This document shows, piece by piece, positions 29,158 to 39,176 of a DNA stretch of 64,000 nt (the first letter of the stretch is position 1; each line of letters begins with the position of its first letter). The translations under genes were made by a program, and so were the position numbers. Under the pieces are notes generated by a model, which saw only the letters and a list, made by a program, of their open reading frames with translations, made no database searches and had not been told where the DNA came from. The stretch is taken from contig JBEBGD010000003.1 of assembly GCA_040081625.1 (NCBI GenBank), positions 59,280-123,279 of the forward strand, in the 5' to 3' direction. The stretch is from Chthoniobacteraceae bacterium (lineage in GTDB: Bacteria > Verrucomicrobiota > Verrucomicrobiia > Chthoniobacterales > Chthoniobacteraceae).

Positions 29158-31208
29158 TCGCGATTCGCCATTTGGTGATCGCGTTCGCGCTGCTGCTGGC
29201 GCCGGCGCACGCCGTTTGGCCGCCGGCCGCCGCGTCGCTCGTCGAGCAGGCGGGGAACACGGACGATGATCGTGAGCGGCAGGTTGCGCTGGAAAAACTC
29301 GCCGCCCTTGATTTCGCCGCGCGCGGCGAGGCGACGGCGATGGCGGACTTCGTGCGCCGCTGGAACGAAGGCGGGCTCAAGGCTTACAATGCGCAGGTGA
29401 AGGGCAAGGGCGTGCGCGCGATCGGCGACTACGATTTCGGCGTGGCCGCCGGCTCACCGCTGCGTCCCATCGCCGAGCTTTACCGCGGGCGGATGCTTGC
29501 GTGGACGCTGATCGAGAACAGCAACGTGCGCACGCACCCGGTCGATTCGCGATGGTTCAAGGACGAGGCTGTGAAGTCTTTCCGGCGCGCTGCCGACGCC
29601 TTCCCGCGCAACCGCGTCGCGCGGATGTATCTCGGCGAAGCGATCCCGTGGCCGCGCGAGTTCCCGGCGGCGCCGGGTGCGCCGGCGTGGGCGGTGCTCC
29701 AGCGCGAGCAGATCGAGCGGCTGCGCGAGATCATCCTGTGGTGGATCGAGCACCGGCAGAGGCCCGATGGGCAGTTCGGCGGCGGGTGGGGGGACGACTG
29801 CGAGATGTGGCGCTGGTGGTCGGCCGTGCTGCTCGGCTTCGATGATCCCGTGATCACGAAGGCGCAACTCAAGTTTTCCAAGGCCGCCGTCGCGCGGCCG
29901 CATCTCAAGGGCGGCTTCAATACCGACATCACCGATGTCGAGCACGCCGCCGAGGACACGACCGACAATCTCATTCCGCTGATGGTGCTCGAGCCGCACG
30001 AACCGCGCTGGGAAAAGTGGGCGCTGCGAATGGGCGACTTCATGAGCGACGTGTGGACGGGCCGGAATGAGCGCGGGCAGCTTCAGTTCAAGAGCTTCTA
30101 CTTCAGCGCCACCGCCACCGCTCCGCAGCCTGAGCGGGCGTTCGACGTGATCGCGAACGTCGGCGCGCTGCATCCCTCGCTGCTCGCATGGCAGCGCACC
30201 GGCGATGTGAAGCTCGGCGCGCAGATTTGCGCGTGGCTCGACATGTGGGTCGATGCGACTGCGCGCGCCGGGGGCGGCAAGCCGGCGGGGATTCTGCCCG
30301 CGTCGATCCGCTGGCCGGATGGCGCGGTCGCCGGGGCGGCGGGCAAATGGTGGGAGCCGATCAAGCCCGGTGGCTACATGCATAGCTACTACATCTGGCC
30401 GAGCGTGATCACCGAGATGACCGACGCACTGATGCTCGCGCACGCAATGACCGGCGAGGAAAAATATCTCGCGCCGCTGCGCTCGATGGCGGCGATCCGC
30501 TTGAAGCACCTGGGCAACGAAAGCGCCGCTCCGCCCGGGAGCGACGCATGGTGCGCCGGGCAACTCGCGCCGCGGCGCAATGCGAACAGCAACACCGGCG
30601 GACTCGTGAAGACGCTCGCGCGTTGCAAGGCGCTGACGGGCACGAGCGAGTTCGATGAGTTGCTCGCGCGCGAGGGCGGCGAGTTCGTCGTGCGCACGGA
30701 TGCGGAAGGCCGGCGCGAACTCGTGGCTGCGCTGCGCGAGAGCGCCGCCGCGCTCCGCGTGAACTTTCCCGGATTCACCAGCGAAGTGCGCTCGACGGAT
30801 CGCTGCATGCGCTTCGTGCAGTTTCTCGCGCAGGATTACGCGTTCGACGAATACCGCGGCGTGATGCAACCGAAGCACGAGCTGCTCTATCGAATGGTGA
30901 CCGGCGACAAAAACGCGCCACGCTTTCCGCAGATGGCGGTGCGGTGGCTCACGCCGCCGGAGGACATCGCCGCACTCGTCACCGACGCGGGCGCGACGCG
31001 GTTCGAGGCGGAGTTGTTTCACTTCGGCGAGAAGCCGCGGCCACTGACCGCCGACCTGCGCTCGCTGAGGCCGGGAGCCTACTCGGTGCAACTGTCCGGC
31101 CGCGATTTGCCCGGCGAGTTGGTGGTTGAGCGCGGCGCGCCCGTGCTTGTGAAGATCGAACTCCCGCCTCAAAAACTCAGCGTGCTGCGAATCACACCCA
31201 AGCCATGA
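29154..31208 (+). CDS. Secreted hypothetical protein, probably a helical-barrel enzyme with a C-terminal beta domain
   Basis: GTG overlaps the OYE stop; signal peptide; Trp/acid-rich motif WWIEHRQRPDGQFGGGWGDDCEM. Confidence 0.7.
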   Translation: MIAIRHLVIAFALLLAPAHAVWPPAAASLVEQAGNTDDDRERQVALEKLAALDFAARGEATAMADFVRRWNEGGLKAYNAQVKGKGVRAIGDYDFGVAAGSPLRPIAELYRGRMLAWTLIENSNVRTHPVDSRWFKDEAVKSFRRAADAFPRNRVARMYLGEAIPWPREFPAAPGAPAWAVLQREQIERLREIILWWIEHRQRPDGQFGGGWGDDCEMWRWWSAVLLGFDDPVITKAQLKFSKAAVARPHLKGGFNTDITDVEHAAEDTTDNLIPLMVLEPHEPRWEKWALRMGDFMSDVWTGRNERGQLQFKSFYFSATATAPQPERAFDVIANVGALHPSLLAWQRTGDVKLGAQICAWLDMWVDATARAGGGKPAGILPASIRWPDGAVAGAAGKWWEPIKPGGYMHSYYIWPSVITEMTDALMLAHAMTGEEKYLAPLRSMAAIRLKHLGNESAAPPGSDAWCAGQLAPRRNANSNTGGLVKTLARCKALTGTSEFDELLAREGGEFVVRTDAEGRRELVAALRESAAALRVNFPGFTSEVRSTDRCMRFVQFLAQDYAFDEYRGVMQPKHELLYRMVTGDKNAPRFPQMAVRWLTPPEDIAALVTDAGATRFEAELFHFGEKPRPLTADLRSLRPGAYSVQLSGRDLPGELVVERGAPVLVKIELPPQKLSVLRITPKP

Positions 31209-32275
31209 ACGCCCTCATTTCCGATCCCCGCGACCTGACGCCGCAGACGACCTGGCGCGAGACCAAGTGGGCATGGACCGCCGAGGAGTCGCTGGTCGAT
31301 CACACGACACGCGCGCGGCTGTGCTCGGCGGTGTTGCTTCCATTTCGCGACGCGAAGCCGGACTGGGCGAGCTTCGTGGCGGGCATCCGCTGGATGATGA
31401 CGGCGGCGGAGCACTACGGCGTCGAGTTTGTGTGCGTGCTCAATGCGGACACGGGCTACATCTTCGAGCTCGACGACGCGCTCTACGCCGAGGTGCTGCG
31501 GAGGTTTCGCGCAGAGTTTCCGGCGGCGAAATTCATCGCCGGCGTGACGGCGCGCGGACGCGATGGCGACGACTACCGCCCGCTGATGGACATCGTGCAG
31601 CAGCACGAGAACTGCGAGGTGATGCTGATGACTTCGCGCTGGCTGAACGCGTTCGACCCTGAGCGGCGGCGCGATGCGTATTTCGAGATCGCGGAATCGC
31701 TCGTGCGGCCGGGGATCGTCCACGCGCTCGAGCCGGCCTTCGTGCCGTGGGCCACGCCTTACGAGCCGTGGCTGCTGTGGCAACTCGCGCAGCATCCGAA
31801 ATTCGTCGGCGGAAAAATCTCCACCCTCGACGAGCCGCACTTCCTCTACTGGGCGGCGATGACTCGCGATCTCGGGCTCGATTTCGCGCCGCACAGCGGC
31901 GACGACTTCGGCATCGCGACGGCGATCAAGCTCGGCCTGCCGCTGCTCATCGGCGCGGCATCGAGCGCGGCGCCGCTGATCTGCGCGGCGAAGAAAATGT
32001 GGCTCGCGGACGATTTCGACACGCGCGTTTACAAGCTCTTCGAGGCGATCCAATCGCTCGAGGACTCGGTCTTCCGGCTCGATGCGCGCGGGAGTGCCGC
32101 GGCTTACAAACACAGCACCGCGCACGTGCTGCACGCACTCGGCGTGATCGCCGCGCCGGAGCCGCACCCCGCGTGCGCCGACGTGCGCGGAGCGGATGAA
32201 GCCGCGCGCATGGACGAAGCGCTGCGCCGCGCGCGGCGCATGGCTGCGAAGCTGGGCGTGCCCGGATTCGCGTAG
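31205..32275 (+). CDS. Divergent dihydrodipicolinate synthase-family (class I aldolase-like) protein
   Basis: AVLLPF...DW, NADTGY in place of GxxGE, FVGGKIS with a candidate Schiff-base Lys, SGDD, and AYKH near the C-terminus. Confidence 0.7.
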   Translation: MNALISDPRDLTPQTTWRETKWAWTAEESLVDHTTRARLCSAVLLPFRDAKPDWASFVAGIRWMMTAAEHYGVEFVCVLNADTGYIFELDDALYAEVLRRFRAEFPAAKFIAGVTARGRDGDDYRPLMDIVQQHENCEVMLMTSRWLNAFDPERRRDAYFEIAESLVRPGIVHALEPAFVPWATPYEPWLLWQLAQHPKFVGGKISTLDEPHFLYWAAMTRDLGLDFAPHSGDDFGIATAIKLGLPLLIGAASSAAPLICAAKKMWLADDFDTRVYKLFEAIQSLEDSVFRLDARGSAAAYKHSTAHVLHALGVIAAPEPHPACADVRGADEAARMDEALRRARRMAAKLGVPGFA

Positions 32276-32279
32276 CGCG

Positions 32280-33107
32280 TCAGTCGAGAATGCCGCCGGA
32301 GGTCTTCGCGGGCTGGCCTTCGTTCGGCAGCGTCTTTGCCACGAAGGCCTGGAGCGAACCCATGATCGCAGTGATGAAGAGCGAGACGCCGCCGAAGACG
32401 CTGAGCACTTCCTCCTTCTTCAACTCGATCTTCTGCCCGATGGCGAAACTCTTCGGCACGTCGAGCACGCGGCCGGTCATCGCACCGGGAGTCGCGGCCT
32501 CGCCGGGTTTCGGCGTGGCGGGTTGAAGATCGAGCGCCATGAGGCGGACGACGAGGTCCTTGCCCTCGGTGGTGTCGGCTTCGGTGACGGTGCCGCCGCG
32601 CGCGAGCGCCTGGCCGAGCTTCAGGTAGCTGTTGAGGCTCGGCTCGTTCGGCGAGGCGATCGTGAATTTTTCGCGCAGCGTCTTGAGCTTGTCCTCAAAA
32701 GGCAGTGCGAGAAATGCCTGCCGGTCCGGGCCGAGGATTTCCTGGAGGCGCGCCTGCTCGGTGTTGCCGGAGGCTTTCCACGTCGCGAGTGCGGCGACGG
32801 AGCGGGCGTCCTCGAGGAGCGGGACGAGCATGCTGAGCGCTTCGCCGAGGAGTTGGCGCAGCAGCCACGACTCGGCGGCGGGGCGCACGGCGTCGAAGGC
32901 GAGATGATGCTGCTGCGAGGGCATGAAGCGAAGCGCGCGGGAAAATTCGTCGTAGTCCTTTTCGGTCTGGCAGCGCAGCGAGCCGATGGTGCACGCGGCG
33001 AGGTCGAAGGCGCGCTGGATGGCGCCGAGGTATTTGAGGCTCATGTCGCCGAGGTTGATCTGCACGGCCTTGGTTTCGGGCGGGGTTGGTTCGCTTTTCT
33101 TGCTCAT
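32280..33107 (-). CDS. Hypothetical cytoplasmic protein, about 275 aa
   Basis: Strong codon bias from ATG at 33107 (MSKKSEPT); no recognised family. Confidence 0.7.
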   Translation of the reverse strand: MSKKSEPTPPETKAVQINLGDMSLKYLGAIQRAFDLAACTIGSLRCQTEKDYDEFSRALRFMPSQQHHLAFDAVRPAAESWLLRQLLGEALSMLVPLLEDARSVAALATWKASGNTEQARLQEILGPDRQAFLALPFEDKLKTLREKFTIASPNEPSLNSYLKLGQALARGGTVTEADTTEGKDLVVRLMALDLQPATPKPGEAATPGAMTGRVLDVPKSFAIGQKIELKKEEVLSVFGGVSLFITAIMGSLQAFVAKTLPNEGQPAKTSGGILD

Positions 33108-33173
33108 AAAGGCGGCGAAGGTGGCAGGGGAGATCGTTTCGGCAAGCGACTTTGCGGAAGTGCTACACGGAGC

Positions 33174-33203
33174 TTGAGTCGGGCGCGTATTGCGCGGTAG
33201 TTT
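33174..33203 (+). promoter_or_regulatory. Putative sigma70-type promoter
   Basis: TTGAGT-18 nt-TAGTTT, 9 nt before the ATG at 33213. Confidence 0.45.
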
Positions 33204-33212
33204 TCCGCCGCC

Positions 33213-34373
33213 ATGTCCACAACCGCCGATCCCGCCACGCCCTACTCGATGAAAAATCCGTTCCCCGCGCAGCACGTCGCCAACGTGCTGCTCAACGGGC
33301 CGGGTTCAAAAAAGGAGACGCGCCATCACGCGATCTCACTCGCGGGTTCGGGGCTTTCTTATTTGCCCGGCGATGCGATGGGCCTCGTGGCGAGTAATTG
33401 CCCGGCGCTCGTCGATGGCCTCGTGAAGGCGCTCGGCTGCACCGGCGATGAACCGGTGCCGGGCAAGGACGGCCAGCCGAAGCCGATCGCGCAGGCGCTC
33501 ATCCACGACTACGCGATCAATTTTTCGGACAAGAAATTCATCGAGGCGTGCGTGGCCAAGGGCGTGACCGATCTCGCGCCGCTGCTCGCGCCGGAAGCGG
33601 CGGATCAGCTCAAGACGTATCTGACCGGCAAGGGTGAGGCGCACGATTACCTCGAGATTCTCACCACGTTTCCGCAGTTGAAGTTCGCGCCGGACGAGTT
33701 TGCGAAGCTCCTACGCCGGCTGCCCCCGCGGCTTTACTCGATCGCGAGCGCGCTCTCGGCGCATCCGGGCGAGGTTCACCTGACCGTGGCGACGGTGCGC
33801 TACGACATCCGCGGGCGCACGCGCAAGGGAGTGGCCTCGACCTTCCTCGCCGACCGCTGGTCCGAAGCGCAGACGGCGGGCATTTATCTCCAGAGCCAGC
33901 AGAAGCATTTCTTCCTGCCGCCGGATCCGAACACGCCGATCATCATGTGCGGGCCGGGCACGGGCATCGCGCCGTTCCGCGCGTTCGTGGCGGAGCGGAT
34001 CGTGACGGGCGCGCCTGGGAAGAACTGGCTGTTCTTCGGCGAGCAGAAAAGCTCGGGGGATTTTTTCTATCGCGACGAGTTCGAAAAGATGATCGCGACG
34101 GGCAAGCTGACGATGACGTGCGCGTGGTCGCAGGACCAGGCGGAGAAGGTGTATGTGCAGCACAAGATCGCCGAGCATGGCGCGGAGTTGTGGAAGTGGC
34201 TCGAAGAGGGCGCGGACTTTTTCGTGTGCGGCGACAAGACGCGCATGGCCGCGGACGTGGACAAGGCGCTGCACGAAGTCGTCGCCAAGCACGGCGGCAA
34301 GACGCCGGAGCAGGCCGCCGAATACATGGAGGGTCTGAAGAAGGCGAAGCGCTACAAGCGCGACGTTTATTAA
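33213..34373 (+). CDS. CysJ/CPR-type FAD/NADPH reductase lacking the flavodoxin domain
   Basis: PYSMKNPF, YLPGDAMG, RLYSIAS, GVASTFL, MCGPGTGIAPFR, KVYVQH, VCGD, C-terminal RDVY. Confidence 0.9.
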   Translation: MSTTADPATPYSMKNPFPAQHVANVLLNGPGSKKETRHHAISLAGSGLSYLPGDAMGLVASNCPALVDGLVKALGCTGDEPVPGKDGQPKPIAQALIHDYAINFSDKKFIEACVAKGVTDLAPLLAPEAADQLKTYLTGKGEAHDYLEILTTFPQLKFAPDEFAKLLRRLPPRLYSIASALSAHPGEVHLTVATVRYDIRGRTRKGVASTFLADRWSEAQTAGIYLQSQQKHFFLPPDPNTPIIMCGPGTGIAPFRAFVAERIVTGAPGKNWLFFGEQKSSGDFFYRDEFEKMIATGKLTMTCAWSQDQAEKVYVQHKIAEHGAELWKWLEEGADFFVCGDKTRMAADVDKALHEVVAKHGGKTPEQAAEYMEGLKKAKRYKRDVY

Positions 34374-34374
34374 A

Positions 34375-35532
34375 GTGCAGTCGCTCGCGCATCTGCGCTG
34401 CGGCTTGATCGGAACGGGCTTCATCGGCCCGGTGCATCTCGAGGCCGTGAAGCGACTCGGCGTGCAGGTGACCGCGATCTGCGGCTCGACGAAAAGTGCG
34501 GGCGCGCTCGCGGCGCACTGGGGCGTGCCGGAGGTGTATGGCGACCACGATTACCGCGGGTTGCTCGCGTCGCCGAATGTCGATGTCGTCCACATCACCT
34601 CGCCGAACAAAGTCCACGTGGAGCAATCGCTCGCGGCGCTCAAGGCGGGCAAGCACGTGATCTGCGAGAAGCCGCTCGGCATGACGACGCGTGAGACGGC
34701 GCGCGTGGTGCGCGCGGCGGCGAAGAGCGATCGCGTTTTCGCGGTGAACTACATGTGCCGCTTCTTCCCCGCGGTGCTGCAGATGCGCGCGATGGTGCAG
34801 CGCGGCGACCTCGGGCGGATCGTCCATGTGCAGGGACATTTTTTCCAGGACTGGCTGCTCAAGCCGACCGACTACAACTGGCGCGTGCTCGCTGGCGAAG
34901 GCGGAAAGCTGCGCGCGGTTGGCGACATCGGCACGCACTGGATGGATGCGCTCGGCTTCATCCTCGGCGACCGCGTGGAGTCGGTCTTCGCGACGCTCGG
35001 GCGCGCGCACGAGCAGCGGCTGCGGCCGAAAGGGGAGGTGCAAACCTTCGCGAAGATCGACCCGAAGATGATGGTGCCGTATGCGGTCGATACGGAGGAT
35101 TTCGCCAGCGTGCTGCTGCGCTATCGCGGTGGTGCGCACGCGAATCTCGCGGTGAGCCAGGTCGCGGCGGGGTGGAAGTGCTCGCTTTACCTCGGCATCT
35201 ACGGGACGGAGGGAAGCGTGCGCTGGGACTTGCAGCAGCCGAATGAATTGCAGGTCGGCCGGCGCGATGAACCGAACCAGGTGCTCCAGCGCGGGACGGC
35301 CGGATTCACCGAGGACATCGCCGGGTTTAGCGACTACCCAGGCGGTCATCCCGAGGGTTTCGCCGACGCGCACAAGATGCACTACCGCGCGGTTTATCAG
35401 CACGTCGCCAGCGGGCGGAAGACACCGTCGCTCTTTGCCTCGGCGGCGGATGGGCACGAGGAGATCCGCGTGTGCGAGGCGATCCTGCGGAGCGATGAAT
35501 CGCGCCGCTGGGTGAAGCTGGCCGGCGCTTAG
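34375..35532 (+). CDS. Gfo/Idh/MocA-family oxidoreductase
   Basis: LIGTGFIG, CEKP, YNWR, DIGTHWMD, GHPEGF. Confidence 0.92.
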   Translation: MQSLAHLRCGLIGTGFIGPVHLEAVKRLGVQVTAICGSTKSAGALAAHWGVPEVYGDHDYRGLLASPNVDVVHITSPNKVHVEQSLAALKAGKHVICEKPLGMTTRETARVVRAAAKSDRVFAVNYMCRFFPAVLQMRAMVQRGDLGRIVHVQGHFFQDWLLKPTDYNWRVLAGEGGKLRAVGDIGTHWMDALGFILGDRVESVFATLGRAHEQRLRPKGEVQTFAKIDPKMMVPYAVDTEDFASVLLRYRGGAHANLAVSQVAAGWKCSLYLGIYGTEGSVRWDLQQPNELQVGRRDEPNQVLQRGTAGFTEDIAGFSDYPGGHPEGFADAHKMHYRAVYQHVASGRKTPSLFASAADGHEEIRVCEAILRSDESRRWVKLAGA

Positions 35533-36119
35533 TTCTCGCCCTTTTCCTCGGAGGGCGTGGTGAAGTGCCAGTCGCGGATCAACCGCACGGCGCGCTGCGT
35601 GGCGGCGTCGAAGGATTTCACGATGCCGATGGTCTGAACGACGATCTGCTGGCGCGCGTCGATGTTGAGGAAGACGATGCTTTCGCGAAGCGGCACGCCG
35701 GCGACCGAGTAGGTGAAGACGAAGCGGTAGGACTGGCCGCCGTTGATGCTCTCGGATTCCGCGGCGGCTTCCTCCTGGGCCACGGACTGTGCGCTCTGCG
35801 GCAGCATCTGCACCGCGGCTTTCTGGTATTGCACGAGCCCATCGGCGTCGAAAGGAACTGTTGCATTGAGCGGCGAGCGACGCATGCGGACCTTGGCGTC
35901 CGGGATTCCGCCGAAACGGAAGACCGTGCCGCTCTCGTCCGGCGAGGCGTGCGCGTCGGAATCCAGGCTCACGGAAACCTTCTTGTCGCCGTCGGCGAAC
36001 TGGACTCGGCCGGCGGTAAAACCGCCAAACTGCGTCGCGATGGTCTGCGGCGTCAGGTCGATGTCGGCGAAAACCGGGCCTGCGGCGACGAGGAGGATGG
36101 CGATGAAGTGGTGGCGCAT
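35529..36119 (-). CDS. Secreted hypothetical protein
   Basis: Signal peptide (MRHHFIAILLVAAGPVFA); 6 nt downstream of the PilX-like gene. Confidence 0.7.
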   Translation of the reverse strand: MRHHFIAILLVAAGPVFADIDLTPQTIATQFGGFTAGRVQFADGDKKVSVSLDSDAHASPDESGTVFRFGGIPDAKVRMRRSPLNATVPFDADGLVQYQKAAVQMLPQSAQSVAQEEAAAESESINGGQSYRFVFTYSVAGVPLRESIVFLNIDARQQIVVQTIGIVKSFDAATQRAVRLIRDWHFTTPSEEKGEN

Positions 36120-36125
36120 GGCGGT

Positions 36126-38150
36126 TTAGAGGCGGGCCCAGGTGCCGCGGACGATGACGACGGCATCGACGCTGCCGGGAGGCGGTGTGGTGCTGAAGAC
36201 GGTGTCGTAGTTCCAGCGACGATTCGGGGCGCTGTAGATGTCGCCGGTGTTCCACTTGCCGGTGAAGACCTTGCTTTGGAAGAGTTCGACCATCGAACCA
36301 TAATACGTGCATGCCTTGCCGCTCCAGGCCTCGAGGAAGCGCGGGAAATTATTTGCACCGCCCGAGTAGCCGTAGGCGGCGACGCCGCCGGAGCCATCGG
36401 GATCCCAGCCTGAGGGGACGAAGCCGGACATGATCGCGGTGTTGATGGTCGTGTTGCTGGCGACGCGGTTGCTCAACGACGAGGAGGAGCTTGAGGCGTT
36501 GCTGTCGTTCCAGGCGTTCGAGAGGAACATGACTGCGTCGGCGATGACGGCCGAGGGCTTGCGGGTGTAGCCGTTGACGGTCGGACTGTCGGTGTTGTTC
36601 GGGTTGCCGGTGGAGTTCGCCGGGACGCTGGTCGAGTTGGGCGTGCCTGAAGTGGTGTAGGTCGTGCCGGTGTTGTAGTCGCCGTGGATATAGACGGGGT
36701 TCTGGCTGGCGACGGTCAGGCCATTGGTGGGAAGCGAGCCGCCTTTTTTGAGCCGGATCGCCTTGGGCTCCGTGTCGCCGGAGGCCGTGGGCGTAATGTC
36801 CTGCACGTAGAGCACGCCGTTGAATCCAACCGCCGCATCGACCTCGGTCTTGACCTTGGCCATATCGACATTGACGACATCGACCATCTTCGCCTCGCGC
36901 TCGTCGTAGAAGCTGTTCTTGCTCAAGGCCAGTTTGATATTGGTGATCTGCGCCGAACTGAGCGTCGTTCCGTTTTTTGCGGTGACTGTGACGACGGTAT
37001 TGTAATTGGGCGACGACCCGCTGGTGGTAATGGTCGAGCCGTTGACCGAGACGACGATGCCCGCCTTGTTGTAAAGCCGACGCTTGGCGATCTCGGGCGG
37101 ATCGGCGTGCGCGGAGACGGGCGGCTCGATCAGTTCACGGTAGGAGTCGTTGTTTAGGTTGCCGTCCGAGTCGCCGTCGGGACCGAGCAACTGGCCGCTC
37201 GACGAGATCGGCGAAGTGGGCGCCGCGTCGAGCACTGCCGCGGGCTTATTGCCGAGCGGTTCGTAGCGCGTGACCTTCGAGAGTTGGGAGGACTGACCGC
37301 CGTTGGAGAAAGTCGGAGGCTCCATGTCGGCTGCCGTCGTTCCGGACCACGCCAGCCCGCCGATGGGTGGCTCCGTGGCGGTGTAGCCGGAGATCGAGGT
37401 CGTGCCGCCCGCGAACGAGACGTTGCCCTGGAAGTTCAGCTCCACTCCGCTTTTGTCGCCCGAGCCGCTCAGAAGGAGCCGCGAGTTGCTGTGCACCAGC
37501 CCGCCGACGATCATCGGCGCCGGACGATAAATCTCGAGGTCGTGCTCGAAGAAATACATCGATTGGAACAGGGGCACCTCGATGTATTGAAACAGCCGGC
37601 GCGCTCCCGAGACGGGCCGGGTGGTCGCGGAGTTGGAAATGTTCGTATTATCCCGAAGCCGGACACTGGCCAGGTAGTTGTAGGCAAACCCGCGCCAGCC
37701 GGGGTAATCCGCCAGCGCCACCAGCAGGCGGCTCGGCGGTGTCGTCACCGGCACGCCCATGTGATCGACCAGCGTGATCTTCCATGTGCCATCGCCATCG
37801 GCATCGCTCGGCGAGACCGTCGAGAAGCCGCTGGGGATCGCGCCCGTTGGCGTCAGGTTGGTCAGTTCGCTCAGCGCGAGGGCGGTCGCGGTTCCGTTGA
37901 CGTTGAAGGTAGCGCCGAGCGCCGAGCCCTTGGCGAGCGTCGCCGCCTTCCACGCTCCGTAGGCGTATTCGATCAGCCCGTCGGAGGTTCGCTCGGTATC
38001 GGAGAAATCGCTCGCGCGTGCGCTCGATCGCGCGCTGGCGGAGGTGCGCTGGATGACGACGCCGGACAGCGCCGTCACGACTGCGAGGAGGATCAAGGCG
38101 ACGATCATCGCCTGGCCGGAGTTGCCGGAGGTGGGAAGTTTCGTTTTCAT
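36126..38150 (-). CDS. Large PilX/GspK-like minor pilin with an extended C-terminal domain
   Basis: G|QAMIVALILLAVV prepilin-like N-terminus lacking E5, as is typical of PilX/GspK; large beta-rich domain ending GGANNFPRFLEAW...APNRRWNYD. Confidence 0.75.
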   Translation of the reverse strand: MKTKLPTSGNSGQAMIVALILLAVVTALSGVVIQRTSASARSSARASDFSDTERTSDGLIEYAYGAWKAATLAKGSALGATFNVNGTATALALSELTNLTPTGAIPSGFSTVSPSDADGDGTWKITLVDHMGVPVTTPPSRLLVALADYPGWRGFAYNYLASVRLRDNTNISNSATTRPVSGARRLFQYIEVPLFQSMYFFEHDLEIYRPAPMIVGGLVHSNSRLLLSGSGDKSGVELNFQGNVSFAGGTTSISGYTATEPPIGGLAWSGTTAADMEPPTFSNGGQSSQLSKVTRYEPLGNKPAAVLDAAPTSPISSSGQLLGPDGDSDGNLNNDSYRELIEPPVSAHADPPEIAKRRLYNKAGIVVSVNGSTITTSGSSPNYNTVVTVTAKNGTTLSSAQITNIKLALSKNSFYDEREAKMVDVVNVDMAKVKTEVDAAVGFNGVLYVQDITPTASGDTEPKAIRLKKGGSLPTNGLTVASQNPVYIHGDYNTGTTYTTSGTPNSTSVPANSTGNPNNTDSPTVNGYTRKPSAVIADAVMFLSNAWNDSNASSSSSSLSNRVASNTTINTAIMSGFVPSGWDPDGSGGVAAYGYSGGANNFPRFLEAWSGKACTYYGSMVELFQSKVFTGKWNTGDIYSAPNRRWNYDTVFSTTPPPGSVDAVVIVRGTWARL

Positions 38151-38163
38151 TGTTGTGCGGTTT

Positions 38164-39174
38164 CTAGTTGGTCGTGCGCGGGCGGAAGCGCGACGGCAGG
38201 TTCACGTGAAGTTGGAAGTAGGTGTAGAAGCTCTCGTTGACGTCGCTCCCGATCCATTGCGTGCTGTTGCGTTCGCGCACGCGCAGGGTCGATTGCACCA
38301 GCCTGTCGCCGTTGTAGTCCGCGACGCTGAATGGCTTGTCCTCGCCGGTCCGGATCCCGATCTGGTCGCACAGCACCGTGTATTTGCTCGCGTCGGTGAG
38401 CACGGGCATCGGGTCGAATCCCTTGTAATAGCGAAGCTCGCAGCGCTCAGTGGACGTGCCGGCATTCATCCGCATGACGAGAAACGCCTCCGACCGGACG
38501 ATCTTCACGACCTGTGGCTGATTGGCCGCCCACGTAACGGTCTGGCCGAGCGGCGCGGCGAAGTTCAACTGAACCTTGTGCCAGACGGCGTGGCTCGAAT
38601 TGCGAGCGCCGATCGACGTGATCCTCGCCCGTGCGAACGTTCCGTTCAGCAACGGGATCAGGATGATGTAGCCTTCGTTTGCGACGCTCGCCGCCGCCGC
38701 CGTCGGGGTGAGATGCGCGACATGGGTGAGGCTGTGCTTCGGGTAGAAGACATTGACCGACGTGATCGTGGAAGCCAGCGTCCCGGCGGCCAGCGGGTTG
38801 TTCGCGGTCTGGGGCGACTCGAGCACGAAAGGCTCGCCGATCACCCGGTCGAACTTCAGGCCCTGCGCCGGTCCGGTCACCGTCCCGACCATCGGCGACG
38901 TGACCGCGGTCACCGGTCCGCTCACCGTGTCACCGGCGCTGTCGATGAGGGTCGCCACGTTGTTCGCCGCGGAGAGGTGATGCGCGAGTCGATCAAAAGC
39001 CAGGCGCAGGTCGTCGTGCGAACGGTTGATGTTCAGGTTCTTGGTCGTCAGCGACGCGCCGCTCATCAGGAAGCTCAGCGAGAGCGAGACCACGAGCGAG
39101 GCGATGAGCATATACATGCTCATCTCGACCAACGTGAACCCAGCCTCTCGACTCGTGTGGTGCTTGGTTTTCAT
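38164..39174 (-). CDS. Prepilin-type (PilW/GspJ-like) minor pilin
   Basis: Class III signal REAG|FTLVEM followed by a hydrophobic helix. Confidence 0.85.
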   Translation of the reverse strand: MKTKHHTSREAGFTLVEMSMYMLIASLVVSLSLSFLMSGASLTTKNLNINRSHDDLRLAFDRLAHHLSAANNVATLIDSAGDTVSGPVTAVTSPMVGTVTGPAQGLKFDRVIGEPFVLESPQTANNPLAAGTLASTITSVNVFYPKHSLTHVAHLTPTAAAASVANEGYIILIPLLNGTFARARITSIGARNSSHAVWHKVQLNFAAPLGQTVTWAANQPQVVKIVRSEAFLVMRMNAGTSTERCELRYYKGFDPMPVLTDASKYTVLCDQIGIRTGEDKPFSVADYNGDRLVQSTLRVRERNSTQWIGSDVNESFYTYFQLHVNLPSRFRPRTTN

Positions 39175-39176
39175 GG

